A DNA stretch of 64,000 nucleotides. Source: a virus. Where the stretch lies: the IMG/VR virus record IMGVR_UViG_3300023084_000003; one strand, 5' to 3'. The notes below the pieces were generated by a model. It ran no database searches and was not told the origin of the DNA. It saw only the letters and a program-made list of their open reading frames with translations. A program made the position numbers and the translations under genes. This document shows positions 8,112 through 17,263 of the stretch, piece after piece. Every line of letters begins with the position of its first letter. Position 1 is the stretch's first letter.

Positions 8112-11080
8112 GTAGTATTATTGTTGGTTTGACAGCGGCCAGCGCCGGTGAGCCAGAACCTTTTGATGTAGATATTTCAACAATTTCCTATGACGCAACT
8201 GTTGTACCAATGGTTCAGTCTATTGTGCCTAGTGGTTACGAAGGCATGTCAGATAGTAATGTTTATGGCGGCCAGCCGTATCCCGAAAATATGCAAAACT
8301 CTCGAGATGGTAGAGGAATCACTGTTGGGCAGGGCCAAAATGCTAACTATATTTGTTGGGAAATGCTTTGGGGTGGCGGCAAATGGGCAGCTGGAAATAC
8401 TGAACTTTTTGAAACTTCTTATGGGCTTGATGCGCCAAGTTTTACTTCTGCTCACGGTGGATGGAATTGGATAGATTCAAATAATTGTGTTATATACCAA
8501 GATAATACTTTTGACGATCATGTATTTGAAAAATACACAGTTTCTACACCGTATGATATATCAACAAGAAGTTTTAATGAAGTTTCAGGACAAAAATGGC
8601 AGGCTAATACCACACATTGGCACACAACGGCAGCGCAGAGTTTCTTTGGGGATGATACTGGTTCATTTGTAATTTTGGCTGATAAAGACGGCCTCTACAA
8701 ATATAACTTATCAACTGCTTGGGATATCAGTACAATGCCCGCGGTGCCAAATGAATACTATCAAGAAAATGGCTCAGGTAATCAAATGTTAAATTGTGTC
8801 TTTATAAACAAAGGAGGCACTGACTTATTTTATACCGATAGTTTAACTGACCAAGATATTCATCATAAAAGGATGGATCCTCCTTGGGATCTAACTTCTC
8901 TTGTGTCAGCTACTAAAACTACTTACGATCAAGCAACATATAATCTTATTACTTGTGATGCAAATGCTCCAAAAAATATGGGAAATAGCAAACTTGTTGG
9001 GATGGTTTGGAATGAATTTGTAAATAGGGATAGCCATAATGTTGATGTAAGCAGAAATTCTTATAACAGCGTAAGTTTAACTGGAACCGGTACTTGGAAT
9101 GGTGGAGTTACTTATAACGGTGGATCTGAAGGATCATTTCTTAGATTTAACGAATATGGAACATATTGCATAGTATTAGCCGGAGATGATGCTCCTACAA
9201 GACTAGATCTTTCTACACCTTGGGATATTAGTACTGCTGCCTACAACAGCTCTAGAACTATGAGCCCAACTCTAAATACTTTAACATCAACGACGGCAGA
9301 TATATCTGATTTTATTATAAATCAGGAAGGTACTCGCGCATTTGTTTTATCTGAAAATATTTCACCAGACACCATTTATCAAATAGATTTTTCTACAGGA
9401 TGGGATTTGACAACAGCGTCGTATAGTAGCGTATCGATTGTTCCTAATACATTGATCGGCGTGTCTAGAGCGTGGCACAGTCTTGCTATCTCTCAGGATG
9501 GAACAAAACTATATATTTCAGAAACAACTGCAGGAAAAATATATCAAGTTAATCTGTCAACAGGTTGGGATCTTTCAACTGCTACATTCACTAGTGGTGA
9601 CGATATGACTCAGACAACGTCAGGAAGTCCTTCGCACACAAAAGAAAGTTTTCCTCAAATATATGTAAACGAAACTGGTGATTTTCTAACAATTGCTGGA
9701 AAAACCACAGAAACTATCTTTCAATATGATTTAACTAATGGCGCAATTAATACTGCATCATATACCGGAAAATCTTATGATTTAACAGCTATCAATGCAA
9801 ACATGGAATGCAGAGGATGTAATTTTAATATTGATGGCCAACACATTTACGTTATAGATAATGATTTTAATCTAGGTTCTGCAGGTCCAACATATTATCA
9901 GATTCAAAGCGGCGGCGCGGCTTCGGCGAACACTTCAGTGTGGGATGGAAGAGGAACCTTCGGTGATCCTGCTGGAAAGTATGTTTTGCTTAATAATGGT
10001 GATGGCATGCACAATATGATGAGAATGTGTACTGCATCGCCAGGAAACACATATGGCTTCGCTGGAATGGATTTTCCACTCTACAATCCAAGCGGAGTAG
10101 GATACGGAGTACTCGTAGATCCTGACACTAACGCAGCGAGTGATGTCAGATACGCTAAAAATTATAATTGTAGATATACATCACATTGGTTTTTTCCCAC
10201 ATATCCAGATGAAACAGGAGACGAAGAGTATCTTATGCATATGGCTGCTGATACAGGCACCCAGCTTCAGTTAGATAGTTGGAGACTACAAAGTCCTGGC
10301 AATATTCAATCAGTTACATTTAACGGTATTCGTCAGCAGTTCAACAGCAGTACTTACGACGACGGTGTTGCGGGTATAGATATTACTCCAAGTGGTTATA
10401 TGATGACTATCAAAGAAACTGGATCAGGAGCTTCGCAACAGTTATCATTAGAATATTTTAGTATTACCTCTATTTCTAGCACTTCCGATTTTTCTGGACC
10501 AAGCTCTACATATAATATTACTACTTGGTGCAGAAACACTGATGGATTTACTGATACTATTGATTTAAGTACTCAATTTATACGACCGCATGGAATCAAA
10601 ACCCGAAAAGCAGCACATTGGGAATCTGGACTTTCGGGGCAAAGACGTTTATTTGCATTATTTGATAACAACCGAGTAACAGGTTTAACTAACTCGTACG
10701 TAATGAGAATGGCAACAGCTACATCGTCGGTGGTCAACACTACTGCAAGCGCATGGACTTTTCAAACGGGAGCAAATTATCTTTGGGAAGTTCCAATGGG
10801 CTCACCAGGAAGTGGTCTCGATGAGACATATCCTAATATCAATGGATGGGATGTCTCATCTGATGGATCTATTATTCTCATTTTAACAGATAAAAAGCTT
10901 TATAAGTTTACTGTGACAAGTCCTTGGAACTTAGGTAACAGCAACATTGTTTTCGATAGCTCGGTAGCTATTCCTCTTGTAGGTAACTCGATTGCTAGAG
11001 GAATGTGGTTAAGTCATGATGGAACCAAACTTTATGTTGTAGATAATAACTCTCTTTTCTATCAGTATAGCTTTTCGTAG
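8108..11080 (+). CDS. Large virion-associated protein with LSTxWD(I/L)ST beta-propeller-type repeats
   Basis: About 9 repeats (STPYDIST, LSTAWDIST, LSTPWDIST, FSTGWDLTT, LSTGWDLST); ATGA overlap with fibre gene. Confidence 0.7.
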   Translation: MSSIIVGLTAASAGEPEPFDVDISTISYDATVVPMVQSIVPSGYEGMSDSNVYGGQPYPENMQNSRDGRGITVGQGQNANYICWEMLWGGGKWAAGNTELFETSYGLDAPSFTSAHGGWNWIDSNNCVIYQDNTFDDHVFEKYTVSTPYDISTRSFNEVSGQKWQANTTHWHTTAAQSFFGDDTGSFVILADKDGLYKYNLSTAWDISTMPAVPNEYYQENGSGNQMLNCVFINKGGTDLFYTDSLTDQDIHHKRMDPPWDLTSLVSATKTTYDQATYNLITCDANAPKNMGNSKLVGMVWNEFVNRDSHNVDVSRNSYNSVSLTGTGTWNGGVTYNGGSEGSFLRFNEYGTYCIVLAGDDAPTRLDLSTPWDISTAAYNSSRTMSPTLNTLTSTTADISDFIINQEGTRAFVLSENISPDTIYQIDFSTGWDLTTASYSSVSIVPNTLIGVSRAWHSLAISQDGTKLYISETTAGKIYQVNLSTGWDLSTATFTSGDDMTQTTSGSPSHTKESFPQIYVNETGDFLTIAGKTTETIFQYDLTNGAINTASYTGKSYDLTAINANMECRGCNFNIDGQHIYVIDNDFNLGSAGPTYYQIQSGGAASANTSVWDGRGTFGDPAGKYVLLNNGDGMHNMMRMCTASPGNTYGFAGMDFPLYNPSGVGYGVLVDPDTNAASDVRYAKNYNCRYTSHWFFPTYPDETGDEEYLMHMAADTGTQLQLDSWRLQSPGNIQSVTFNGIRQQFNSSTYDDGVAGIDITPSGYMMTIKETGSGASQQLSLEYFSITSISSTSDFSGPSSTYNITTWCRNTDGFTDTIDLSTQFIRPHGIKTRKAAHWESGLSGQRRLFALFDNNRVTGLTNSYVMRMATATSSVVNTTASAWTFQTGANYLWEVPMGSPGSGLDETYPNINGWDVSSDGSIILILTDKKLYKFTVTSPWNLGNSNIVFDSSVAIPLVGNSIARGMWLSHDGTKLYVVDNNSLFYQYSFS

Positions 11081-11090
11081 GAGACAAAAA

Positions 11091-11543
11091 ATGGAATTAG
11101 CAAAAGTAAATGAAGATGGCACATTAGTTTGGCCTTATACATTTAAAGATTTAAGATCTGATAACTCAAATGTGAGTTTTCCAAAAGACTCAGAAATGGA
11201 CGCAGAATTTCTTTTGAATTGGAATGTATATCCTGTGATCTCTACTCCTGAACCAGAATATAATCCAGAAACTCAATACGTGTCAAGTGCAACACCTGTT
11301 AAAACTGAGGCAGGCGTAGAAGGAAGATGGAATGTTCGAGAGATTTCTCAAGATCGGTTAGAAGAAAACATAAGATCTATGAGAGATACTCTGCTACAGC
11401 AAACTGATGTTCATATTTTAAGAGCATATGAGGCAGGTGAATCACCACCCGCAGATTGGGTTGCTTATAGAACAGCACTCAGAGACATTCCAGCGCAAGA
11501 AGGCTTTCCAACAAATGTGACTTGGCCAACACAACCTAGTTGA
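11091..11543 (+). CDS. Tail fibre assembly chaperone-like protein
   Basis: C-terminal R..RD.LL..TD...W..YR.ALRDIP.Q.GFP..V.WP motif. Confidence 0.8.
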   Translation: MELAKVNEDGTLVWPYTFKDLRSDNSNVSFPKDSEMDAEFLLNWNVYPVISTPEPEYNPETQYVSSATPVKTEAGVEGRWNVREISQDRLEENIRSMRDTLLQQTDVHILRAYEAGESPPADWVAYRTALRDIPAQEGFPTNVTWPTQPS

Positions 11544-11567
11544 CATTAGTTCAATATGTGTTATAAT
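11540..11567 (+). promoter_or_regulatory. sigma70 promoter; -35 overlaps upstream TGA stop
   Basis: TTGACA 11540-11545, 16 nt ending TGn, TATAAT 11562-11567. Confidence 0.75.
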
Positions 11568-11595
11568 TGAATTAAGTTCATAAAAAGGATATATT

Positions 11596-12267
11596 ATGTT
11601 TACACATGTTGAGCACGGTATTGTGCTTCCAAAATTAACAAGAGAGACTACTGAGAGTGGGCGCAAGTATTTTACACCAGAAGGAAATGCGTATCCATCG
11701 ATTACAACAGTTCTAAGTATTCTTAGCAAACAAGCAATTATGGAATGGCGAAAGCGTGTTGGTGAAGAAGAAGCAAATAAGATTTCTCGCCAAGCAGCAA
11801 CTCGTGGTACCGCAGTACACTCTTTAGCAGAAGATTATCTTAATAATAATGAGGATTGGAACAAGGGTGCGATGCCAGCCAATCTAGCATCTTTTAATGA
11901 TATTCGACCAATCCTTGATGAGCATGTAGATAACGTGTGGATGCAAGAACAGTTTCTTTACAGTGACAAATTAAAGTGTGCTGGTCAGGTTGACTGTATT
12001 GCAGAGTATGATAACAAACTATCTATTATTGATTTTAAAACATCTCGTCGTGTAAAGAAGAAAGAGGATATCACAAGCTACTTTATTCAGATGGCCTTCT
12101 ATGCTGCAGCATTTTATGAAAGAACAGGTATTCCTATTCGACAAGGTGTAATCATTATGGCAGTAGATGGTAATGAACCACTCGTGTTCAAAGAAAATAC
12201 CTATGATTACTTAGAACACTTTCAATCCGTAAGAAAAAAATACAAAGAAATATACGAAAAGGGTTGA
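11596..12267 (+). CDS. PD-(D/E)XK exonuclease, Cas4/lambda-exo-like
   Basis: YPSITTVL, RGTAVH, GQVDCI, IIDFKTS, Q...YA motifs; no Fe-S Cys cluster. Confidence 0.9.
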   Translation: MFTHVEHGIVLPKLTRETTESGRKYFTPEGNAYPSITTVLSILSKQAIMEWRKRVGEEEANKISRQAATRGTAVHSLAEDYLNNNEDWNKGAMPANLASFNDIRPILDEHVDNVWMQEQFLYSDKLKCAGQVDCIAEYDNKLSIIDFKTSRRVKKKEDITSYFIQMAFYAAAFYERTGIPIRQGVIIMAVDGNEPLVFKENTYDYLEHFQSVRKKYKEIYEKG

Positions 12268-12292
12268 CATTCGTTTTGAAACATGATATACT
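12257..12292 (+). promoter_or_regulatory. Early sigma70 promoter; -35 contains the exonuclease stop codon
   Basis: AAAAGGG TTGACA (12264-12269), 17 nt, TATACT (12287-12292). Confidence 0.8.
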
Positions 12293-12316
12293 GTGTTCCT
12301 AACAATGGAGACCGAC

Positions 12317-12589
12317 ATGATTTTTTACACTGACACTGGGCCTAAATCTGACTTTGATCCTAATCTAATCAACCGGCTTAACCCAAACACTATGTACATC
12401 AAACATCTTGAAAATCTCTTCTACCTCAAATTCCTCGAACTAAAATCTGACAATATGGTAGAACGGCATCAGGCCAAAAAGGAAATTGAGATTTGTAACA
12501 AAAAACTAAAATTCTGGGAACGGAAAATCACTAACCAGGATCTTATCGACAATAAACTATCGGAACTTAAAAAAATCTGGAGCTTATAA
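12317..12589 (+). CDS. Hypothetical protein
   Basis: Start moved to ATG 12317 behind GGAG RBS; the track GTG at 12293 abuts the -10 box. Confidence 0.7.
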   Translation: MIFYTDTGPKSDFDPNLINRLNPNTMYIKHLENLFYLKFLELKSDNMVERHQAKKEIEICNKKLKFWERKITNQDLIDNKLSELKKIWSL

Positions 12590-12590
12590 T

Positions 12591-12854
12591 ATGGCATATC
12601 TTATCGAACTTGATATTTCTCACGAAGCAACTCATGAAGAAGTTGTACAATTTGCTCACGATCAAGGTTGTACCGTACTCGGTAAAATCGAACATGGTCC
12701 AGCTGGCGGCAATCCACTATACACATTTGGTGCCGATTCCAAACAAAAATTAATCGGCCTTGCTCAAGAATGTTATGGAACTACTCTTGACGAAGAGTTT
12801 ATCAAAACAAAAATTATCGATGTTGCAAAATCGATTGGGAGGATCCACGCTTGA
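12591..12854 (+). CDS. Hypothetical protein
   Basis: 87 aa, tightly packed. Confidence 0.7.
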   Translation: MAYLIELDISHEATHEEVVQFAHDQGCTVLGKIEHGPAGGNPLYTFGADSKQKLIGLAQECYGTTLDEEFIKTKIIDVAKSIGRIHA

Positions 12855-13081
12855 CACCAGTAGAAATTGCAGAATACAAACAAAGATGGATGCCGGGCTA
12901 CTCCGTTCGGCTCCATAGCGATCTGAGATCAGCTGGAAAAGATTGGTGTAAGCAGCTTTATAAGCATGAATGGAACCATCACAAATTCACCAATGTTTAT
13001 GAAGATACTTTTTATTTTGAAAATGCACATGCTGGTCAAAATTTTGAGCACGAATTTGATATTTGGGTACAAAAAAATTAA
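12851..13081 (+). CDS. Hypothetical protein
   Basis: TTG start with GGAGG RBS, overlapping upstream stop. Confidence 0.65.
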   Translation: MTPVEIAEYKQRWMPGYSVRLHSDLRSAGKDWCKQLYKHEWNHHKFTNVYEDTFYFENAHAGQNFEHEFDIWVQKN

Positions 13082-13138
13082 AATAAAATGAAAAAAAGGG
13101 TTGACATTTCTTCTTGAAAGTACTATATTATTAATATA
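13078..13138 (+). repeat. 61-bp direct repeat, copy 1, containing an early promoter
   Basis: Identical to 14751-14811; TTGACA 13101-13106, 17 nt, TATATT 13124-13129. Confidence 0.9.
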
Positions 13139-13160
13139 GGAAATTGGAAAGGACTACATC

Positions 13161-13460
13161 ATGGGTACCAAATTCGCAAAAGATCAGTTCACTTGGGACG
13201 GTATGTATCTTATGTATCGCGGCCGTCACACTGGCTCTCGTAACATGGAAGAAGTTCATCCCAACTGCCATCCTTCTTGGATCGGCCAGCCAAAGCCTGA
13301 GTTTATCGCTCGTTTCAAATATGGTTCTAAGCCTTGGAAATCTTGGGTCAAGTGCCTTTGCGAAAACTATACAGTTGAGTCTTACCTTGCTGAATGTAAG
13401 GAAACAAATCCCCTAGTTGCAGTTCAAAAAGTTGGTTATTCTGGAAAAGGACGTTACTAA
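13161..13460 (+). CDS. Early hypothetical protein
   Basis: 99 aa behind promoter, AAGGA RBS. Confidence 0.8.
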   Translation: MGTKFAKDQFTWDGMYLMYRGRHTGSRNMEEVHPNCHPSWIGQPKPEFIARFKYGSKPWKSWVKCLCENYTVESYLAECKETNPLVAVQKVGYSGKGRY

Positions 13461-13636
13461 TGGTTGACATCTTTGAAGATATTGATATAATGGAATCAGC
13501 TCTGGTCGCCTTCGCTGAAGGCGCATCAGACGAGAAGTTTGCTGCACTCCACTCGCTGGAAAAGCTTCTTCTTAAAAAGAAAGATATTATTGCTCAGTTC
13601 GAAATGGAGGTAAATAATGACGAGAGATTGGGGTAG
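13460..13636 (+). CDS. Small hypothetical protein (58 aa, absent from ORF track)
   Basis: Hand translation MVDIFEDIDIMESALVAFAEGASDEKFAALHSLEKLLLKKKDIIAQFEMEVNNDERLG; ATG overlaps upstream TAA and fills the gap. Confidence 0.5.
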   Translation: MVDIFEDIDIMESALVAFAEGASDEKFAALHSLEKLLLKKKDIIAQFEMEVNNDERLG

Positions 13637-13832
13637 TCACCTTGGATTTGGTCTTGCCATTGGTCTTATGACTTTTGTCTTTACCTACGCTATGCTAACC
13701 GCGGCTGCTTTACCTGATGTTTGGTTTAGCTATGAAACTCAAGAATGCGTTAAAGTCCTTAACTATGAAGAGGACGATAACTATTCTTGTGAAAATCTGC
13801 CACCTCGGTATTATCATGTATGGGTTAAGTAA
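13617..13832 (+). CDS. Small membrane-anchored hypothetical protein
   Basis: Hydrophobic N-terminal helix; GGAGG RBS; three Cys-containing/aromatic C-terminal motifs. Confidence 0.7.
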   Translation: MTRDWGSHLGFGLAIGLMTFVFTYAMLTAAALPDVWFSYETQECVKVLNYEEDDNYSCENLPPRYYHVWVK

Positions 13833-14402
13833 ATGAATATATTTGTCCTTGATGAGAGTCCAGTCGTATCGGCTCAAATGATGTGCGACAAACATATTCC
13901 AAAGATGATCGTGGAAGCAGCTCAAATGCTTTCCACGGCCCATCGTATGCTTGACGGTTATACTGAGAAACGACCTTCAAAATCAGGCAAGCGTATGATT
14001 AACTATTGGGTTCATCCAAACAATAATCTAGAAGCTTCTCTGTACAAGGCTGTTCATCACGGCCATCCATGCACTAAATGGACTATGGAATCAAAAGCAA
14101 ACTATGATTGGCACTATGACCACTTTGTAGCCCTCTGTGATGAATTTAAATACCGCTTTGGTAAGCCACATATGACCTCTGAGAAGCTCACAGAAACACT
14201 CCAGAGGGCTCCAGATAACATACCTGATATCCCTATGACGCCATTTGCTCAAGCTATGAGCCATTATCCAGAGTGTATAGTTGAAGGCGATGCGATACAA
14301 GCATATAGAAATTACTATCATGTTGCTAAACCTTTTGCTAAGTGGGCAAAGGGGCGGGCTGCACCTTCTTGGTGGGAAGGCTACAAAGGTCTCGCAGCAT
14401 AA
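13833..14402 (+). CDS. Pyrimidine-dimer DNA glycosylase (DenV-related)-like protein
   Basis: MNIFVLD...CDKH..KM..E..QML start, HPCT.W and TPFAQAM motifs. Confidence 0.65.
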   Translation: MNIFVLDESPVVSAQMMCDKHIPKMIVEAAQMLSTAHRMLDGYTEKRPSKSGKRMINYWVHPNNNLEASLYKAVHHGHPCTKWTMESKANYDWHYDHFVALCDEFKYRFGKPHMTSEKLTETLQRAPDNIPDIPMTPFAQAMSHYPECIVEGDAIQAYRNYYHVAKPFAKWAKGRAAPSWWEGYKGLAA

Positions 14403-14410
14403 ATAAAAGC

Positions 14411-14734
14411 ATGAGATACATAATTGTAGATCCCGAAGAGGGAATATTCTTAGGCACTAGAGGAGATCCGGATCGTAGAAGGATTGGCATGATCTTCTCT
14501 AGTAATAACTTATTTGAACTCCGTAAAGCTTGCTCTTGGAGAACACAGGATGCTGCTCACGACTATTTAGAACATCATTTAAAGCATTTGTGTCCAACGG
14601 CTTTTGTAGCAGGCATCGATACAGACAATAAAGATGATTTCGTAGATGTAATAGACATCATAAAATCAGGATATGGCGACTACACGTTTGAGTTGTTTGA
14701 TGCCATTCCAGTAGATAATCATACCGTACACTAA
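14411..14734 (+). CDS. Hypothetical protein
   Basis: Start moved to ATG 14411 (MRYIIVDPEEG) to avoid a 60-nt overlap. Confidence 0.65.
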   Translation: MRYIIVDPEEGIFLGTRGDPDRRRIGMIFSSNNLFELRKACSWRTQDAAHDYLEHHLKHLCPTAFVAGIDTDNKDDFVDVIDIIKSGYGDYTFELFDAIPVDNHTVH

Positions 14735-14750
14735 AAAAAGTGAAAAAAAT

Positions 14751-14811
14751 TTAAAATAAAATGAAAAAAAGGGTTGACATTTCTTCTTGAAAGTACTATA
14801 TTATTAATATA
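14751..14811 (+). repeat. 61-bp direct repeat, copy 2, containing an early promoter
   Basis: Identical to 13078-13138; TTGACA 14774-14779, TATATT 14797-14802. Confidence 0.9.
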
Positions 14812-14832
14812 AGGAATGGAAAGGAACCACTT

Positions 14833-15132
14833 ATGATTACTACAGCTCAAGACTTCTGGAACAAAACTCCTCTTAAAGCAGTTGGTAAGCTGATGGATCA
14901 AACTTTCAGCTATGCTCAAGATGCTGATGATAAAGACATGGCTGAAATGTACATGGACGATCATCGCGACGTCCTGAAAGCCATCCGTCTTTTCCGCCTT
15001 CATGACGGTGAAGGTCTAGCTGAATTTTGTGACAACATGGACACTGCTCCTCGTGAGCAATTGATTCTAGCTTTCGCAGAAGATTGTGGCAAGGACTTCG
15101 TCGAGGCGTATCTTGGTTACGAGGTATGCTAA
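14833..15132 (+). CDS. Early hypothetical protein (acidic)
   Basis: 99 aa behind promoter, AAGGA RBS. Confidence 0.8.
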   Translation: MITTAQDFWNKTPLKAVGKLMDQTFSYAQDADDKDMAEMYMDDHRDVLKAIRLFRLHDGEGLAEFCDNMDTAPREQLILAFAEDCGKDFVEAYLGYEVC

Positions 15133-15150
15133 TTTTTTTCAAAAAAGATG

Positions 15151-15189
15151 AAAAAAACTGTTGACATATCTTCCAAAATGATGTAAGAT
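15151..15189 (+). promoter_or_regulatory. Early sigma70 promoter
   Basis: A-tract, TTGACA 15161-15166, 17 nt, TAAGAT 15184-15189. Confidence 0.8.
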
Positions 15190-15222
15190 ATATCTATCAA
15201 ATCAAAACAAGGAACTTATATT

Positions 15223-16179
15223 ATGGCACACGAACTTGAAATCATCAACGGTCAGGCACAAATGGCATACCGCGAATCAGCAGGTCTTCCTTGGCATGGC
15301 CTCGGTACTCCAGTCTCTGACGATATGACGCCACAAGAAATGATGGTGACTGCTGGTCTTGATTGGTCAGTTGAGAAAGTACCAACTTTCATTGATTACA
15401 ATGGCTCAAAAGTTGAAACAGGACAGGAAGCTCTTGTTCGTTCAACAGACGGAAAAATCCTTACCCAAGTGGGTAAAGGTTGGAACCCAGTTCAAAACTC
15501 TGAAGCCTTCGATTTCTTCACAGATTTCGTAAAAGCAGGTGACATGATAATGGATACTGCAGGTTCTCTTAAAGAAGGTCAGATCGTATGGGCGATGGCT
15601 GACGTAAAAGACGGCTTCTCATTGTTCAATGGTGACGAAGTAAACGGTTACCTTCTATTCTCTAATCCTCATCAGTACGGTAAAGCAATCGACATCAAAT
15701 TCATGATGACTCGCGTTGTTTGCAACAACACTCTAGCAGTTGCTCTTAACGAAAAGGGTATGCCAAGTGTTCGTATCAATCACCGTTCTGAGTTCGATGC
15801 TGAGATGGTTAAGCAAACTCTTGGTATTTCTCACAACAAGATTGAGAAGTTCAAAGAAGCTGCTGAGTTTCTTGGCTCAAAGCGTTACACAGATGAAACT
15901 CTTAAGCGTTTCTTTGGTAACATCTTTGGTGAGTCTAACCGTGAAGATCGTGATCTATCACGCACAGCTCAACAAGCTATGGAATGTGTGGAAAACCAGC
16001 CAGGAGACAACTTCCGTCCTGGCACATGGTGGAATGCATACAATGCAGTCACCTACATGGCAGACCACAAGCTAGGTCGTACTGCAGATACTCGCATGGC
16101 GTCGGCTTGGTTCGGAACAAATGCGAAGCGTAAGATTGATGCTCTTGATCTTGCGGTAGAAATGGCGGAGGCAGCGTAA
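15223..16179 (+). CDS. DUF932-family (phage/plasmid TIGR03299-like) protein
   Basis: PWHGLG, AGLDW.V, PVQN.EAF.F, TAGSL..G, RVVCNNTL, GT.W.A.NAVT motifs. Confidence 0.9.
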   Translation: MAHELEIINGQAQMAYRESAGLPWHGLGTPVSDDMTPQEMMVTAGLDWSVEKVPTFIDYNGSKVETGQEALVRSTDGKILTQVGKGWNPVQNSEAFDFFTDFVKAGDMIMDTAGSLKEGQIVWAMADVKDGFSLFNGDEVNGYLLFSNPHQYGKAIDIKFMMTRVVCNNTLAVALNEKGMPSVRINHRSEFDAEMVKQTLGISHNKIEKFKEAAEFLGSKRYTDETLKRFFGNIFGESNREDRDLSRTAQQAMECVENQPGDNFRPGTWWNAYNAVTYMADHKLGRTADTRMASAWFGTNAKRKIDALDLAVEMAEAA

Positions 16180-16190
16180 GCTGCCTTCTG
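16170..16190 (+). terminator. GC hairpin with GTAA loop containing the DUF932 stop codon
   Basis: GGCAGC-GTAA-GCTGCC; weak T-tail. Confidence 0.45.
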
Positions 16191-16202
16191 AAAGGTAAAG
16201 AA

Positions 16203-16625
16203 ATGAAAATACTCGTAATGGGATTGCCAGGTGCAGGAAAAACCTGGCTTTCCGAAAGGTTACAACAGCACCTTGAGTGCGCTTGGTATAACGCAGACAA
16301 AGTACGTGAGATGGCTAACGACTGGGATTTCTCTCCTGAAGGTAGGAATCGCCAGTCTAACCGCATGCGTACTATTGCCGATTACGAAAAATCACAAGGA
16401 AGAACTGTAATTTGTGATTTCGTATGTCCTACTAAACAAACTCGTGCTGATTTCGACGCGGACATTACGATTTGGATGGATACTATTGAAGAGGGTCGTT
16501 TCGAAGATACAAATAAAATGTTTGAAGCTCCAAAGAATATTACCTTCCGAGTTGATAAGCGATTGAATGATGCTGGTGTAAAAGAATTAGTAGTTATGAT
16601 TGAACGGTTACTAAAAGGAGAATAA
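16203..16625 (+). CDS. Adenylylsulfate (APS) kinase-like P-loop kinase
   Basis: GLPGAGKT P-loop; ADKVR...DFSPEGR and VICDFVCP resemble CysC motifs. Confidence 0.75.
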   Translation: MKILVMGLPGAGKTWLSERLQQHLECAWYNADKVREMANDWDFSPEGRNRQSNRMRTIADYEKSQGRTVICDFVCPTKQTRADFDADITIWMDTIEEGRFEDTNKMFEAPKNITFRVDKRLNDAGVKELVVMIERLLKGE

Positions 16626-16837
16626 TGTCAGACGTATCACCTAAAAGGCACCTAGCCAAAGCAGTAACGTGGCGTGTCATAGCAAGTACAACGACAGCAT
16701 TGATAGCAGTGGTTTTCGGTCTGCCGCCAAAAGCAGTTGGAGCTGTTTTTGTAGCAGATCTCATCATCAAGTTTGTCATGTACTATGTTCATGAACGCGT
16801 TTGGTATAAACATATTAAGTTTGGAGTTAATAAATAG
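16625..16837 (+). CDS. DUF2061-like small membrane protein
   Basis: RHLAKAVTWR...YY.HER.W motif with two hydrophobic helices. Confidence 0.85.
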   Translation: MSDVSPKRHLAKAVTWRVIASTTTALIAVVFGLPPKAVGAVFVADLIIKFVMYYVHERVWYKHIKFGVNK

Positions 16838-17263
16838 ATGTATGATAAACCGATTTTTGATTGGCAAAAGCCAACCGTTCAAATGCTGGGCCGTTGGCAG
16901 CCTTGGCATGATGGGCATACCGCCCTCTTCAAAAAAGCTCTATCAATAACCGGCCAAGTGTGTATTATGGTCAGAGATGTTGGCGGAATCGTAGGCAAAG
17001 ATGCAGGCGCTGGCCGTACAGCAAAACAAGACGATAATCCATTCGGCGAAATAGCAGTCATCACACACATCGAGCAAGGGCTCGAAAAAGAGGGTTACCA
17101 CAATGGACATGAATATAGTATACTATGTGTTCCTAATATTGTCGATATCTCCTATGGTCGTGGCGTTGGCTACACTTTTACGGAGCATGATCTTGGAGAA
17201 GAAATACACAACATCTCTGCTACAAAGATACGAAAACAACTCCGCGAAGAAGGTAAACTATAA
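16838..17263 (+). CDS. HIGH-motif nucleotidyltransferase (cytidylyltransferase-like)
   Basis: GRWQPWHDGH and ISATKIR motifs. Confidence 0.85.
   Translation: MYDKPIFDWQKPTVQMLGRWQPWHDGHTALFKKALSITGQVCIMVRDVGGIVGKDAGAGRTAKQDDNPFGEIAVITHIEQGLEKEGYHNGHEYSILCVPNIVDISYGRGVGYTFTEHDLGEEIHNISATKIRKQLREEGKL

Noticed and set aside
11596-12267. Cas4-like nuclease suggesting a CRISPR system
   Set aside because: No repeat-spacer array or other cas genes seen; stand-alone PD-(D/E)XK exonucleases are normal in T4-like phages.
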